DNA of 64,000 nt from Rhizophagus irregularis (Eukaryota): positions 930,001-994,000 of the forward strand of contig NC_089432.1 in the NCBI RefSeq assembly GCF_026210795.1, in the 5' to 3' direction. Shown here one piece after another: positions 41,752 through 55,230 of this stretch. Below the pieces are notes generated by a model, which saw only the letters and a list, made by a program, of their open reading frames with translations, did not search any database and was not told where the DNA came from. How positions within the stretch are numbered: position 1 is the stretch's first letter; the number at the start of each line of letters is the position of its first letter. Made by a program: the position numbers and the translations under genes.

Positions 41752-42531
41752 TTACTTTTTTAAAAGTTTTTGTAATTTTTTTTTAGCATTATGATATTCT
41801 TGTTCGGCCGACTTTTTATACCAGTAAATTGCCTGTTCCATATTTTTTTCAATTCCCTTTCCTTTTTCGTACATCAAAGCAAGATTATATTGAGCATATT
41901 TATATTCCAAATTTGCCGCCATTAAATAAAAATCAAATGCTACTTTCGCATTAACATCGGTTCCAATTCCAATATCATAACAATATCCTAACAAATTTAT
42001 TCCACTTGAATAACCTTTTCCTGCTAATTTTTCACATAATTCAAAAGCTTTATCATAATTTTTATCAACACCAACACCATCAATATACATATTAGCAAGA
42101 TTATATTGAGCTGCATCATGTCCTAATTCTGCAGCTTTTTTAAAAAATTTAATTGCTTTTTGCACATCTAAATTAATTCCAATTCCATAATAATAAAAAT
42201 AACCAAGTAAATGAATAGAATTTGAATCATGTTGATTATTTGAAAGCCAATAAATAATTTCTTGTAAATTTATTTTGTAATTTTTAATAAAATCAAGAAT
42301 ATGTTGCTTTCTTACACTAGATTCTTTTCCTTCATTTAATTCCTTAAAATAAAGTTTACTCAATTCATTAATTACTATACTTAAATCTTCTTCAAAAATA
42401 TTTTCATGAATATTATTAGTTGTAGGTTCAGTTTCAATTATGTTCATTTCATTAAAATTTTGATTAATTTGAAAAAATTCATATGAATTGTTTGTATTTG
42501 AAAAATCAGAATTAATTTTGTTATTGGACAT
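41752..42531 (-). CDS. Sel1-like repeat protein, copy 3 (two repeats shorter)
   Basis: Sel1 repeats; C-terminus nearly identical to copy 2. Confidence 0.92.
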   Translation of the reverse strand: MSNNKINSDFSNTNNSYEFFQINQNFNEMNIIETEPTTNNIHENIFEEDLSIVINELSKLYFKELNEGKESSVRKQHILDFIKNYKINLQEIIYWLSNNQHDSNSIHLLGYFYYYGIGINLDVQKAIKFFKKAAELGHDAAQYNLANMYIDGVGVDKNYDKAFELCEKLAGKGYSSGINLLGYCYDIGIGTDVNAKVAFDFYLMAANLEYKYAQYNLALMYEKGKGIEKNMEQAIYWYKKSAEQEYHNAKKKLQKLLKK

Positions 42532-42625
42532 TATAAAATAATAATTATTTTAAAAGTAAGGAGAAAGAAATCGTGGTATTTTTTTTTTCTTTATTTATTA
42601 ACTTTATGGTGACACAGTTGCCGCA

Positions 42626-42736
42626 GGACCCAAGCGATATAATATAGAGATCGGCACGTAATGACTCCTGCATTAACCAAAAAAGTGAGAATCTACACTT
42701 ATTTTGCCTTTTATGTGCTTTATGTGCTCAGGGTCC
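42626..42736. mobile_element. Possible ~110-bp MITE upstream of Sel1 copy 3
   Basis: GGACCCAAGC / GCTCAGGGTCC inverted ends; degenerate ~10-bp flanking duplication AGTTGCCGCA / TGTTACCACA; absent from the paralogous upstream regions. Confidence 0.45.
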
Positions 42737-44435
42737 TGTTACCACAGAATTTGTGTTTCCCGCAGTAAGTTTTTGAGTTACCGAGTTATATTCTTTTTTT
42801 TTTTTAAAACACTAAAAGATTACTTGACCGTTAGAGGGGTGCAATGAAGTCAATTTTGTGGCAATGGAAAATGTATTATGTAAGCATGAATAAATGATGA
42901 ACAAATTTTATTCTTAACTTGTTAACGTTATGTTAACGTTAACGTTAACATTTCGTTCGGTCTGTTCGTTTCTTAACGCTGAATTTAACGCCAAAGTCCA
43001 CTTACCACACATCATATCAAAGGTCTTTTTATACTTTTTTTTGTTTTTTTTTAATAAAATAAAAAAAGATCGTCTGTGAATTACCATAGGATTATATCAT
43101 AAAACTGCAGTTTGATCGGTAAATTTATATACTGTAAAATTCTAATCATTACTCCGATATAACGAAATTAATAGTCATTCTCTCGTATTAAATTGTAATA
43201 TTTTTTAAAATATGTAAAGTATAATTTTGGCTAATTGTTACATAAGAAAATTATATAAAGATAAACAAAATTTGATCATTTTATCAATATTTTTTAAAAA
43301 ATTGATCTATTTAAAAAGACATTAAAAAATTTAATAACAATGACCAAAAATTAGATTACATAATCGTAAACACCACCACAAGACCAGTTGTCGTTGCTCC
43401 ATAATGTAACATTTTTTGGAAATTTGATAATCCAAAATTCATGATGAATCTGAATCAACCGACCATCTCCTTAATTTTTCTGGAGGGACAATTAATTTAT
43501 TACATTTTTTTAATTTTTTTAGTAATTTAAAGTTTTAGATGTATAAATACTAGGAAAGTATTTTAGCTTTTTTTTTTTAATTTTAATTTTTAAATTTTAT
43601 TTCACTTTCAATTATTTATATAATAATTGTGATTTATTTTAAAATACATGCGATATTGCGATATGGCATATTAAAATAAAATGGTCGATATATTTTTTTT
43701 TTTTGGTTTAATTGAATAAAAAACTTGATTTCTTCTACCAGTTCCTATTTGTTATACGTTAATTAAAAATAAATTATTACCGATCATTATTTCAAAAATT
43801 TATGAAATCTGCCAAACATGAATACTATGATGTTTAAAATGTCTTTATTCTTTAATAGAGTGAATATATATAAATAACTCGTCATTTAATAATCATGACA
43901 AATTGTCTAATATTAAATAGATTTAGATAATAAAGGCTAATAAATCTGATCACTGTAAATAGTGAGTATCGAATTTGTTCAGAATTATGAGATCTCTGGC
44001 CGGAATTAAGTTTAAAAATGGTTGCTTAATTTCGGTATTATTCGATTCTGCTCGCGCTATTATTAGTTGTTCACAAATAATTTCTATATGACTAATCCTT
44101 AATAATGCTACTATTAAAATACTATTAAAAAATTTTTTTTTTTTTGAAATTGACGTGTTTATAATACATCTTTATATTTTGTATTATTTCTTTTATCTCG
44201 ATACTCAACGATGGTTTAATTGTAAGCTTTCTTCATTATAGATGATCATTGGCTTAATGACTTCCTGCTAATTTCGAGTCACTATCCATACGACCTTCAA
44301 AATTATTAATATCCGTTCAAACAACGGATCCAACCTCTAGAAAAATGTTATAACGTGAGTATATTCGGTCTTGTACTATATAGAGGAATAATATTGTACT
44401 GTATAATCTTATATATTCCAAGATAAAGTAAATTA

Positions 44436-44589
44436 CACAATCAATTTTGATAAACCGGATCTTCGATAAACAGGATCCTGGAACGGATTATTATAATACA
44501 ATAATAAATTTATTTTCGATATATCGAATTTCTTAATATATCAGATTTTCTAATGGAAGGACGAGTCCGGTTTATCGAGGCTGCCAGTG
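44436..44589. mobile_element. Degenerate short relative of the pogo-type MITE
   Basis: TA-CACAATCAATTTTGATAAACCGGA ... TCCGGTTTATCGAGGCTGCCAGTG-TA. Confidence 0.55.
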
Positions 44590-46712
44590 TATATCACACT
44601 AACAAAAAGCTACATATATTTTAGGTTTTCTTAAGTATAGAATCAAGAAATTAATGATACTAAAGCTGATGATAAAATTAAAATAGTATGTTGCTAATAT
44701 AGATCAAAAAGATAAAAAATTAAAACCATATACTAAGAATACAAATTTTTTAAATTTTTATGAAAAAAAAAAAGATCTTTAACGAAATTCTTTATTAAAA
44801 AAAAAAAATTCAAGCAAAAATTCTCAATACCCTCATTAAAAAATTGTTTTCAATAAAAATTTTCTATTAAGACTTCTAAACGAAATTCACCATCTCACCT
44901 ATAAAAACTTTTCAACCAACAGAATTATCAAAAAAATATCTCCTATTAAAGAAACAATTTCTAACGAAAATCTTTCATCAAAAAACACGTTTTCCCTATA
45001 TAAAAAAAAAAATTCAAAAAAGATTCTTACCCATTAAATATCTCAAAAGAATTTCCATATCAAAAAAACTTCCCTTCTATTAAAAAAAAAAATTCTTTAC
45101 CGAAGTTTTCTATCAAAAAAAAAAATCTCCCGTTAAAAATTTACTAACGAAATGATTTTTGTTACTTCGGAACAATTGGTTTAGAGGTAATTTCATTTTT
45201 AATAAATTTACTTGAGAAAGAATTTTGAGATTAATTTGATTAGTGTTTTTTTTTGGAGATTTTACGAGGCGAATTCATAATAAATCGAACAAACAAGTTT
45301 TAGGCGTTTAAAATCTATTATCATCATAGAAAATTAAAATTTTACATTGTTTCCTTATTATGTAATTATTTTTCATTATTGTTTCCTTCCCTATGCATCA
45401 TAGTTCTTATGCGATTTAATTTATATTTAAAAAGTTGACTAATCGATTGCCCACTCCAATCTCGCGTACCAATCACGTGTATTACGCGATATTCATGATA
45501 TACTAATTTTTTTTTGATAAACAAACTTTTTTATACATAAAGTTTCGAGAAACTTTTTGTAATTTTTTTAAGAGTTTTGAACCTTCGAAACTTATTTATT
45601 TAAATTTTTTTTATACATAAAGTTTCGATTTTTAAAATTTCAGTAGTATGGTAAAGTTTCAACTTTTGAAACTTATTTTTTTAAAATTTTTTTTTATATA
45701 ATATAAAGTTTCAATTTTTTGAAACTTTTATAATTTTTTTTAGTACTATAGTAGTAAAGTTTTGAAACTTTCGAAACTTATTTTTTAAAAACTTTTTTAT
45801 ACATGAAGTTTCGAATTGAAAATGTCAATGTTGCCGTAATGGGAAACTGTTGTCTTGTGAAATTGCTACTTTATAAATTCGTTGCTATGTCGTATATGTT
45901 ATTGACTTTACTTTACAGAATGCGAGGAAAAAAGTCAAAGGTAAATAAAATCTTGAAACTTTTTTTTTTTTTTAAAAGAAGTGTTGACTGACCAACGTTT
46001 CTTTAATTTTTTTTGTAGGTTTCTTCCAATTTCATACGGAATCATAAGTACTGGTAAGTTTCGTAACTTTGGAACTTTATTTTCTAACTTTTATTTAAAG
46101 AAACATAAACTAATGTTATTTTCCTTTTGTGTCTTTTTGTAGGTTTTGGACTTTTGAGTGAATTGGGAGATGGTAGGTTACGCAATATCTGTGTGAAACT
46201 TATTAATTAGAAATGTTAGATTACACTGGAAATGCTAGAATCGTAAATTCTGTAATATGCCGCGTTAAGAAACAAAAAAAACAATTTTATTATATTAATT
46301 AGAAACATTTGCTAACGTTTCCATATACTTTCTTTTAGATTTCAGGTCCAGAACACGTTGGAAAAACTGGAGTACCTTATCTCTATTGAATGAAAATAAA
46401 TATTTATGCAAAAAATACTGAATGGTACTGACTATATGTGAGAAATTCCGGTAATTCATTTCTCTGATTATTACAAAACAAATGATTACCACAACAAGGT
46501 ACAAACAGGAAGACACTATGGAAAACTGAAAAAAAAGAAGATATAAAACTAATTAATAAAAAAATCACCTCCAAGAATTGAACTTGGACACAAAAATTGT
46601 GGAACCAACGGTGATGGATAATTGTTGAGTTGATAAGTTATTAAGGAAAGAACTCAACAAAGGAATAAAATAAAGGGTATCACATGTGAAGAAGGAAATC
46701 ACATGAGATAGA

Positions 46713-46962
46713 TCAAATGATCAAGAAAGGTAAATTTTACAAGACAAAGGATCTCTCTGACACCAATTAGCACAGTGCAATGCTTCATGGGCGATGCAAA
46801 CGATCCCCTTATAAAATTTATCTATCTAAGAATGGTCAAATGATCAAGAAAGGGTAAATTTTTACAAGACAAAGGATCTCTCTGACACCAATTAGCACAG
46901 TGCAATGCTTCATGGGCGATGCAAACGATCCCCTTGTAAAAATTATCTATCTAAGAATGGTC
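46713..46962. repeat. Two tandem ~123-bp direct repeats with a GC-richer, potentially structured core
   Basis: GGATCTCTCTGACACCAATTAGCACAGTGCAATGCTTCATGGGCGATGCAAACGATCCCC occurs twice. Confidence 0.9.
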
Positions 46963-48249
46963 AAGTATTCCCAAGTTGACCAAAGGGTAAAGATTACGTC
47001 TCCATGCTATATTTGGTAAGCAATGGACCTAGCTACGTAATATAAAATTATTTAATTTAATTATGTCTAAATTATTGGGAATTTTTAAGGGTATTTTTTA
47101 AATCAACTATCAATTCAATTTTACATTTGTAAAAAGAAAGTGAAGATAAAAGAAATAATATTATAGAATTAGTCAATTCATAAAGAAAATCAAGAAAATA
47201 AAGAAGAGAATCAAGAAATAAAAGAAGAATTGACATAACAGGAGAATATTGTGATAATAACAAAAGATTTGAAATAAGAAAATGTTTAAAAAGAGAGAGA
47301 ATTGATAGTAGATTTGATGGATGAAATGGTTGGAGGAGAAGAGAGAGATTTGAGAGAGAGAGGTTCAAGGAAAGGAAAAAGAATATTTTAATGATAGATT
47401 TTATTAAAACAAGGATTAAAATGAGTGTATAGTTAAGTAGATTTGTTGATATCAATAAAAGAACAAAAAGAATGTATAAGTAAGTTATGAATAATGGCAA
47501 GTATTGGAAGGTAGATGGCCCAGATTGGAGATGATAATGATAGCATTTGTCAATGGGAATATTGTTAAAAGGAGTATTGAAGTTTGGGCACATTTGGTAT
47601 GACATTTTGAATTATAAAAAATTTAAAGATTTGATTTGGAAAATTTAAAATTTGATTTTGGAAAAAAAAATTGCAATAATATTTGAAAAGAAAATTTGAT
47701 TTTGTAACAATATTTGTAAAAAATATAATATTTGAATATTTGAAAGAGATTTTGAAATTTCTCAAAGAAAAATTTAAGGGTATATATATATTTTTAAAAA
47801 CCTTTTGAATATATAGTGACTAATAGTAACTTATTAAAAAAAATTTAGATCATGTATGAGTCACATCTATTATATCAATTAATTTATAGTTATTTAATCT
47901 AAAACTAGTAATATTAGTTAGCTTAATGATGACTAATAATGTATAATTGTTAGATTATAATGCATAGTCAATATGATTTACTCCCTTATTGGAATTTACT
48001 GACAATAACACTATCAAACCAGTAGTGATTTCTGAAGATGATTAATTTAAATAAAAAATACTTTTTGATTATAGTATTTGGAATAACATGAAAAATGCAA
48101 TTACATGTTTCTTAACTGGAATAGACACATGTATTATCATTGATTGGTGATAAGCGAAAAATAAAATATAGGGTAAAATAAAAGGTTTTACAAAGTACTG
48201 CCTCTCTTGGCGTATTTGTAGCAACCAATTCACAACAAAAACAATTGGC

Positions 48250-50170
48250 TTTTATTAATGAGTCATAGGACACTATAATCATAATCATCTATAGATCAGT
48301 GAAAATCTAGATCTCTAATTGTGGCTTATCAACATTTATCTAAATTCGTCCAACAAAATTTGGTATATAAATACCAAGTCATGATTTACGCGATAGTATA
48401 TTTTGTATATACAATGACTCATTACAGCACTACAGCTGATATTACAGTTACCCGATCAATCTAAATTCGAAATACATATTACATAGTTGTATACGAGTAT
48501 ACACTATCTAACTAAAAAATAAATGTTACTGGATTATTTGCTTAGCGAATTACTTGTGCTAGTTCTTCTATATGAACTTAATAATGTAGAAACAATAAAT
48601 ATTTATAAGGCAAATTATTATCAATAGTCTATATTATTGGCACGATGTATATAATCTGAATTAATAGAGACGATTTGATTGATCTAGCCAAATTACACAG
48701 TGAAGACAATAATCCTGATATTATACACATATCTAATTGCACAGATTACCATTTTGGAAACAATTTAATTTTTACCATCAGTAAAATTTCGACATAGACA
48801 GTATATGTTCAACATTGACATCATTGGAGGTACGACACTGATCCAAGATTATATTAATACAAAAAGATTATGTTTATGGACCAACTTACCTTTACGGACA
48901 GTAACTATTTGTTAACATGAGACGAAACCAAATGTTCCAACCTCAACAATTTTCAGGTTTTTAAATCAACTAGGAACTTTTCCTTTAAAGATAAATTAAA
49001 TACTGAGTGAACACCGACGTTTGACACATCCTATTAATGATCCAATTACAATCATCAACCGTTCACATATACCATAACAAGAAATGGGCTTTTCACATCT
49101 CAAGTCAGAATGGATCCACTGGATCTGAAGAATGTAATTTTTTGAAAAACCCTCTTACAAGAAACAACTAATAATTACTCTGTATCATATGTAGAACAAA
49201 TTATTGAACCAATAAGGCAATAAATTCTAATTTAACACCTAGAATATAACACTTAATTTTAATCAAGAGCAACGGATGTCCTCTAAAATCATATTTTCCA
49301 CATTACCTACGTTCTAAATGCGTTATCACTACCAAAACACAAAGATTAATAGTTTTCAAGACCTACAACAAAAACTTCAATAAACATAAATCGTTAAACA
49401 GAAAACTTAACCAAACTTATTTTATAGCTACTACCTTATTTATTTTAAAACACATAGCTTATAAAAATAATTTGTCAGGCTCTCATTTGTAAAGATTGCT
49501 TGAAAGATCAATTAGTTGAAATTTCGACACAATTTTCTTCTGCACTTAATTTCACCTTCTATACAGATGTCTCTGTAAAACAATTGGCACCATACACTGC
49601 ACTAGTGGTTATAGCTGGATATAATGCCACCCAGATTCTCCCAGAATCAAATTCAACGGCTTCACCGTATTTTCCCCTCGCCTACAAAAAGTGAATCAAT
49701 GGTATATTGACTGCGCTCATCACCCTACCATATAATAGTACCTTTACCATCTACATGGATTCAGCAAATTGTATCTAACCTTTTACAACAGACAAAATCC
49801 CTGATCGTCACTCCTAGACAATGTTTAAAACAAAATAATTTTCTCATTTGGGACTTTATTTTTTGGATCATAGATAATCGTCGTTTATACATCAATTTAG
49901 TCAAAGCCAAAGCACATATAACATACCTTACAACGAAAGAGCAGAAATACTTGACAATGCTGAATCGCACATACGAGATCCTATAATTAATAATTTTAAA
50001 TTTTTTCATCCTAAGATTTATGGAACAACATATATGTAACCGATCAAAATGTCCGATAATGGAGCAACAATGTTATTCAACCTTGTATCTTCAATTTGAT
50101 GATTAATAACTCAGCGCTGAAAAAATACGAGCGTCGTATCCTCGAAGGTGACATAGATTGGGAATTAAGA
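48250..50170 (+). pseudogene. Degenerate LINE ORF2 with RNase H relic
   Basis: LNFTFYTDVSVK (FYTDGS-like), TIYMDSA, LVKAKAH motifs; many stops and frameshifts. Confidence 0.6.
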
Positions 50171-51563
50171 AAATAGAGCATCGTTAAGAAATAAAAAAAT
50201 ATTGTTTTTGGAGAAATAATAATACAATGTTAATGAAATGGAAAATATATGTAAAGAACGTAATATAACAACAAAAGGAAAGTTACCAAAATGGTACAAA
50301 ATAATAGAGAAGAATGTTAGATATACTGTATATGGAAAAGAACGAAAATTCTAGATTATTAAATTTCAGAAAAGAAAATGATATCATATTGGGGAATATA
50401 ATCAAACCATATTAGTATTGGAATGTAAACGAGTTAAAAAAATTATAGACTTATAAAGTTAGCGTTATACTGTAATAGAAAATAAATCGATCCAACAAGA
50501 ATTATCACAAGACCAAAATAAAACCATATCGCTATCTAGAAAAAGTAGAACTAATAAGTATAATAATTAATTTAATTTAATTAAAGAATATAGTAGAATT
50601 ACTTTACATTTATATAAGAATACATATAATAATGTTACAATTTTGATCTAGAAAAAAGGCAAACGTAAAAAGTTGAATTATAAATTATATATATTTTTAT
50701 TTAATTGGACTAAAGTACATTCTCTGGCGATGTTATGGATCAAAAGAAAAGATGAAACTTTAGAGAAAAGTAAAAAAGAGAAAATAGAACCGTTAGATAC
50801 TAATAAAAGAAACATTATATTATGGTATGTGGAATAGAAGATCAATGTTATAAAAATGTATAATAGAATTAAATACAAACAAGAGACATTGTCAAGAATG
50901 TAAGAAAACTTGGTCATTATGCTTTATAATGTCTAAATAAATAAAATCTATATAAAATGAAATGAATAATAACACAAATTTTTTTTTCTGAAAGATTGAT
51001 GTAAATATAAATTTTAAGGGGTTGATTTAACCCAGGTTATTTAACCCAGGATTTTCGAGCAGAATGGTGAAATTTTTTTGGTGTTTTTTTTTCAAAACCG
51101 TTTTTTCTTGTTATTAATATATATATTTTTTTTAACCCAACTTTTTTGTATTATTAATAATTTTGTTCTTTTTTTTCAAATAAAATAAAATTTTTAATTT
51201 ATTATTTTTTGTTTTTTTTTAATCTTTTTTTTTTCAGTTATACCGAATAATAATTTTTTTTTTGATTCAGTTTTTTAAAATACCGAAATAATTTTTCTTG
51301 GGTTTACCTCCATAGTATTTTTTATTCATTGGAATGATATTAAACTTATCAGACTGATTAAATTTCAATAGAGTCTAGATTTACGATCATTCGACCCATA
51401 CGGAATCCTTTCCTTAATTATTATTTTACAATATTTATTTAAAAACTTTCTTTAAGCAATTAACAATTGTTTAACTATACTTTAAAAATAATTATAAATA
51501 AATGAATATCATAAGATAAGTATAAAATTTAAAAATATTTCTATCTAATATTTTAAATAACAA

Positions 51564-53109
51564 CTAATAATCAATTTCATTTAAAAATCTATAAATATAA
51601 ATACATAAATTAGTATAACTAAGTACTTTAATATTATGTAACTTAAATTCCTTCACTTCGTCTTTTAAATCAAATAAATCCATTTTCATATCAACACATC
51701 CTTGAATTGTATTCTTAATAGCCAAATATTTAACTCTTTTCTTCTTCATAACATATTCTTTTATATAAGGTAAAATATCAATATAATTAATATCATCTTG
51801 TTTTCTATTTTCAATTACCAATTTATTAAAGAAATTATCTTGAGAATTTTTTAAAAATATTTCAATATCATTTGCTTTAATGCGAGAAACCAAATTTAAA
51901 TATTCAAGTTTAGAAGGAAGTATTTGTCCTAAATTTTGTAATATTAACTTGATATTACTATCTTCATTATCTTTATAATTACTTAAATTGATTGAAAGAT
52001 AATTAAAATTTTGTTTAATATTTTCAATTAAACTGAATATTAAAGAAGTAATATCATCTTTAATTCTATTACGTAAATCAAGTAATCTGATATTTTACAA
52101 TAATTTATAATTAATTGAAGTAATTGTTGATCTGATGATAAATAATTGCCAAAATTTTCTAAATAATTACCAGATTTTTGTAATAATAATTGTAATGAAT
52201 CAATTTCTAATATCATGGTTAAAAATAAAGATTTTAATTTAAATGGTTTGGTTAATTTAATAATTTGTTGAATAAAACTATCTAAAGAATAACAATAAAT
52301 GATATGAACAGATTCTAAAACATTTAATTGTTCAAATATTTTATCTAAATTATTTATACGTTTAAAATCGATATTACTGAAAATGATTGTATTTAAGGTA
52401 TTTGAACAATTAGATTCTTTTGATAATAATAATGATTGATATAAAGAAAGGGAACTAAGACCAAACAATATTTGTTTGAGATTTTGATTTGAATTAATTA
52501 TTTGTGTTACATGATTTTTAATCATAGAATTACAATTTGAAATAGAAAATTTTAAATTTCTAATATTATTACTAATGAAATTTGGATTTTGTAAAATTAT
52601 CTCAAGAATATTGTCAGTATATGTGTTATAATGAGTATCAGAAGCATCAAGTTCAAGGGTATATAAATTTACTTCATTTTCAATAAATAATTTAATTAGA
52701 GACATATTAATACATTTTTTAAATTCAGATACTGAATCCATATTTAAGGTTATATCGTTAGCTTTTAACCACATGTCAATAGAAGGTTTAATTTTATTTA
52801 TATTTAAATATCTTATAAAACTAGGATAATTGAAAAGTGTATTTGAAGTTAATAAAGAATCAATAATTTGATATTCATTTAATATTGCTTTTAAATGTTT
52901 ACTCAAATTATATAAGTAAATTTCAATAAATTGTAATTTCCGGTAGAGATTGAAAATGGATTTTCCCATAATAATGGAATTGTTAAACGACACCATAATC
53001 TATTAATTAAAACACATGAATGTAAGGTTGAATAATCATTCTGAAAATTTTTGATGATTTTATATATTAATTCAGGTAAATCTCCTGAAAATACTTTCGA
53101 ACATGACAT
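51564..53109 (-). pseudogene. F-box/RNI-like gene with frameshifts
   Basis: MSCSKVFSGDLPELIYKIIKNFQNDYSTLHSCVLINRLWCRLTIPLLWENPF (F-box), LFNYPSFIRYLN. The frame changes near 52930 and near 52080 with no obvious intron. Confidence 0.75.
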
Positions 53110-53282
53110 ATTTGTTAAACGAAAAGAAGAATAAAGGTGTATCATTTTTATTATAAGTCCAAACTGAGTAAATTTATATTCAATTTTCGGAGTTGATGAT
53201 TCCGATATTGTCGCACAAACAATGTCAATAATAAATTGTGTGTAACATGTTACAATAATTAGGCGCAATTTTTATCTGTTAA

Positions 53283-53314
53283 CTAGAACTGTACCACTAT
53301 GGCCGCCTGGCGGC
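53283..53314 (-). mobile_element. Putative Helitron 3' terminus
   Basis: Minus strand: GC hairpin GCCGCCAGGCGGC, ~15 nt, then CTAG followed by T. Confidence 0.5.
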
Positions 53315-53854
53315 AGCCTTCAAAATAAAATTAGGTGTAACATGAGCATAAATGCATAGTCAAATAAACATTTTTTTTAAAGAACCCCTAATTGCTTTAT
53401 TATACTTATATGATAACTGATAACATGATAATCTAGGTTTGTTTATGAAATAGGAAGCGGTTGTGATGCTACTTGTTCCAAGCGAGAATATTCTTTAATC
53501 ACATTTGGATCTACTTTGAATGCATCTCTATTTAAATTCATTGTTTGAATTTGATCCCATTTAGGACATCTGATTCAGTTTTATTGATTTAATGTTAGTA
53601 ATAAATTATTAAAAAAATTATTAGTAATCAAATTATTATGAAAGTTTTAATAGTTCGTATATATATGATCAGTGATCTATAACATATATTTGTAATATTA
53701 TTATTAAGGATCAACAATTAAATTTTACAATAACTTCAATTTTTTTTTTTAATAAAAAATAAATAAATATAATGTTTATTACATATAAGATATAAAAAAT
53801 ACCAGATAATAAAAATGAATTTTAAAAACAGTTCGTATTTGTCAGGTGATCAGT

Positions 53855-54483
53855 TGTAATGCCGTAGTATACCTAGTAAATTTATTAATTGTGGGGCGCA
53901 GTATTACATTTAGTCTTAGTGTATAAAATTTTAACTTATTTTTATTTTTATTTTAAATGGACCGAAAAGTCGTTAAACTATTAGTCATGAGAATCAAGGA
54001 TAATTGGTCCGTGATGACCTTAAACTATTAGTCACGTGATTTAAGGATAAATGAAGATCCGGAAGATACTAAATTGGATGAAATCAAGTGATCTGAGGTG
54101 TCAAGTGATTAATTTGTTGATCACTACGTTAATATTATAAATCATAATTCAGGAGTTCATGATGATCAAATGGATACAAAATTAAGATAATGGAAATACT
54201 TTAGGATAATGGAAATACTTTAAAATAATGGAAATACTTTAATAATTTAAATCCATGAATCGAAATTATGAATTTGGTTACACAAAGACAAACATAAAAG
54301 GGCGTGAAGATCAACTTTTGAAAAAGGGAGAAAATTAGACGAATTTTGTTATGAATTATTTATTTTGTTATTTAATGTTATTAAACCAAGCATATTATTG
54401 TATTTATTTATATTATTAATAAAGAGTCATTTTGTTAATACCTGAGGTGGCAAACATAATTCTCTATGGGCTCAGGTGTTACA
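53855..54483 (+). repeat. 5' LTR (629 bp)
   Basis: Begins TGTAAT and ends GTTACA; repeated from 63491 at a constant offset of 9636. Confidence 0.95.
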
Positions 54484-54485
54484 AG

Positions 54486-54502
54486 TGGTGCATGCTCCGA
54501 GA
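54486..54502 (+). promoter_or_regulatory. Primer-binding site, predicted tRNA-Gly primer
   Basis: TGGTGCATGCTCCGAGA 2 nt after the LTR; its complement TCTCGGAGCATGCA-CCA fits a tRNA 3' end with G1-C72, C2-G71 and A73, as in eukaryotic tRNA-Gly. Confidence 0.8.
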
Positions 54503-55071
54503 AAGGAAAAGTGATCATCCTCACATGATCACTACAGGTTATAAGTACAGGATCTCTGGGAAAAGAAAATGATCACCCCCACGTGATCATTAGAAGTTAC
54601 AAATAAAGGATCGATGAAGTTAAGGAATTATAAAATTAAAAGTTCTAAGTCTTGGTTAAAAAAGAATTTAAGGTGTATTAACGTTAAATTTTAATAAAAT
54701 AAAGTTAAATATTTTAAAGGATACGTGAAAATAATGGTTACCAAGGTAAAAGGTATTAATTTGGGTGAGTATGACCATAAATGTATAAAGAGATAATGTT
54801 AAAAATTAAATTTTTGATCTAACTTGACCACCGGCTGATAAGTCAATGAAAAATTATTATTATAATAATTTTCATACATATGAACCAAATATGTATGGTA
54901 GTAATTGATTATCAAGGGAAATGCGAGGCTAATCAAGTTAGAAGGGGTTTTAATAGAATATTGTAAATAAGTTCCATGAATTAAGGATTAAAAATAATTT
55001 TTTATAAATAATTAAGGTTAAGTTAAGGATAAAAAGTGTACCCAAAAACCGACACTATAAATACGATGGTA

Positions 55072-55230
55072 GGGTAATTCTGTGTGAACTCAATTGAGGT
55101 TTTCTGTGTGATCAATTGAGAATAGTTCTGTGTGAGCTTTTTCTGTGTGAACTCAATTGAGGTATTCTGTGTGATCAATTGAGAATAGTTCTGTGTGAAC
55201 TTCCAAAAACAATTCTGTGTGAGGGTACCC
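55072..55230. repeat. Seven TTCTGTGTGA motifs in the retroelement 5' leader
   Basis: Motifs at ~55078, 55102, 55126, 55141, 55165, 55189 and 55213, interleaved with the TCAATTGA palindrome. Confidence 0.85.

Noticed and set aside
42918..42952. GTTAAC-repeat palindrome
   Set aside because: Short simple repeat with no supporting context.
45480..46270. Possible non-autonomous element with AAAGTTTCGA repeats
   Set aside because: Probably TE-derived, but I could not define convincing TIRs or a TSD.
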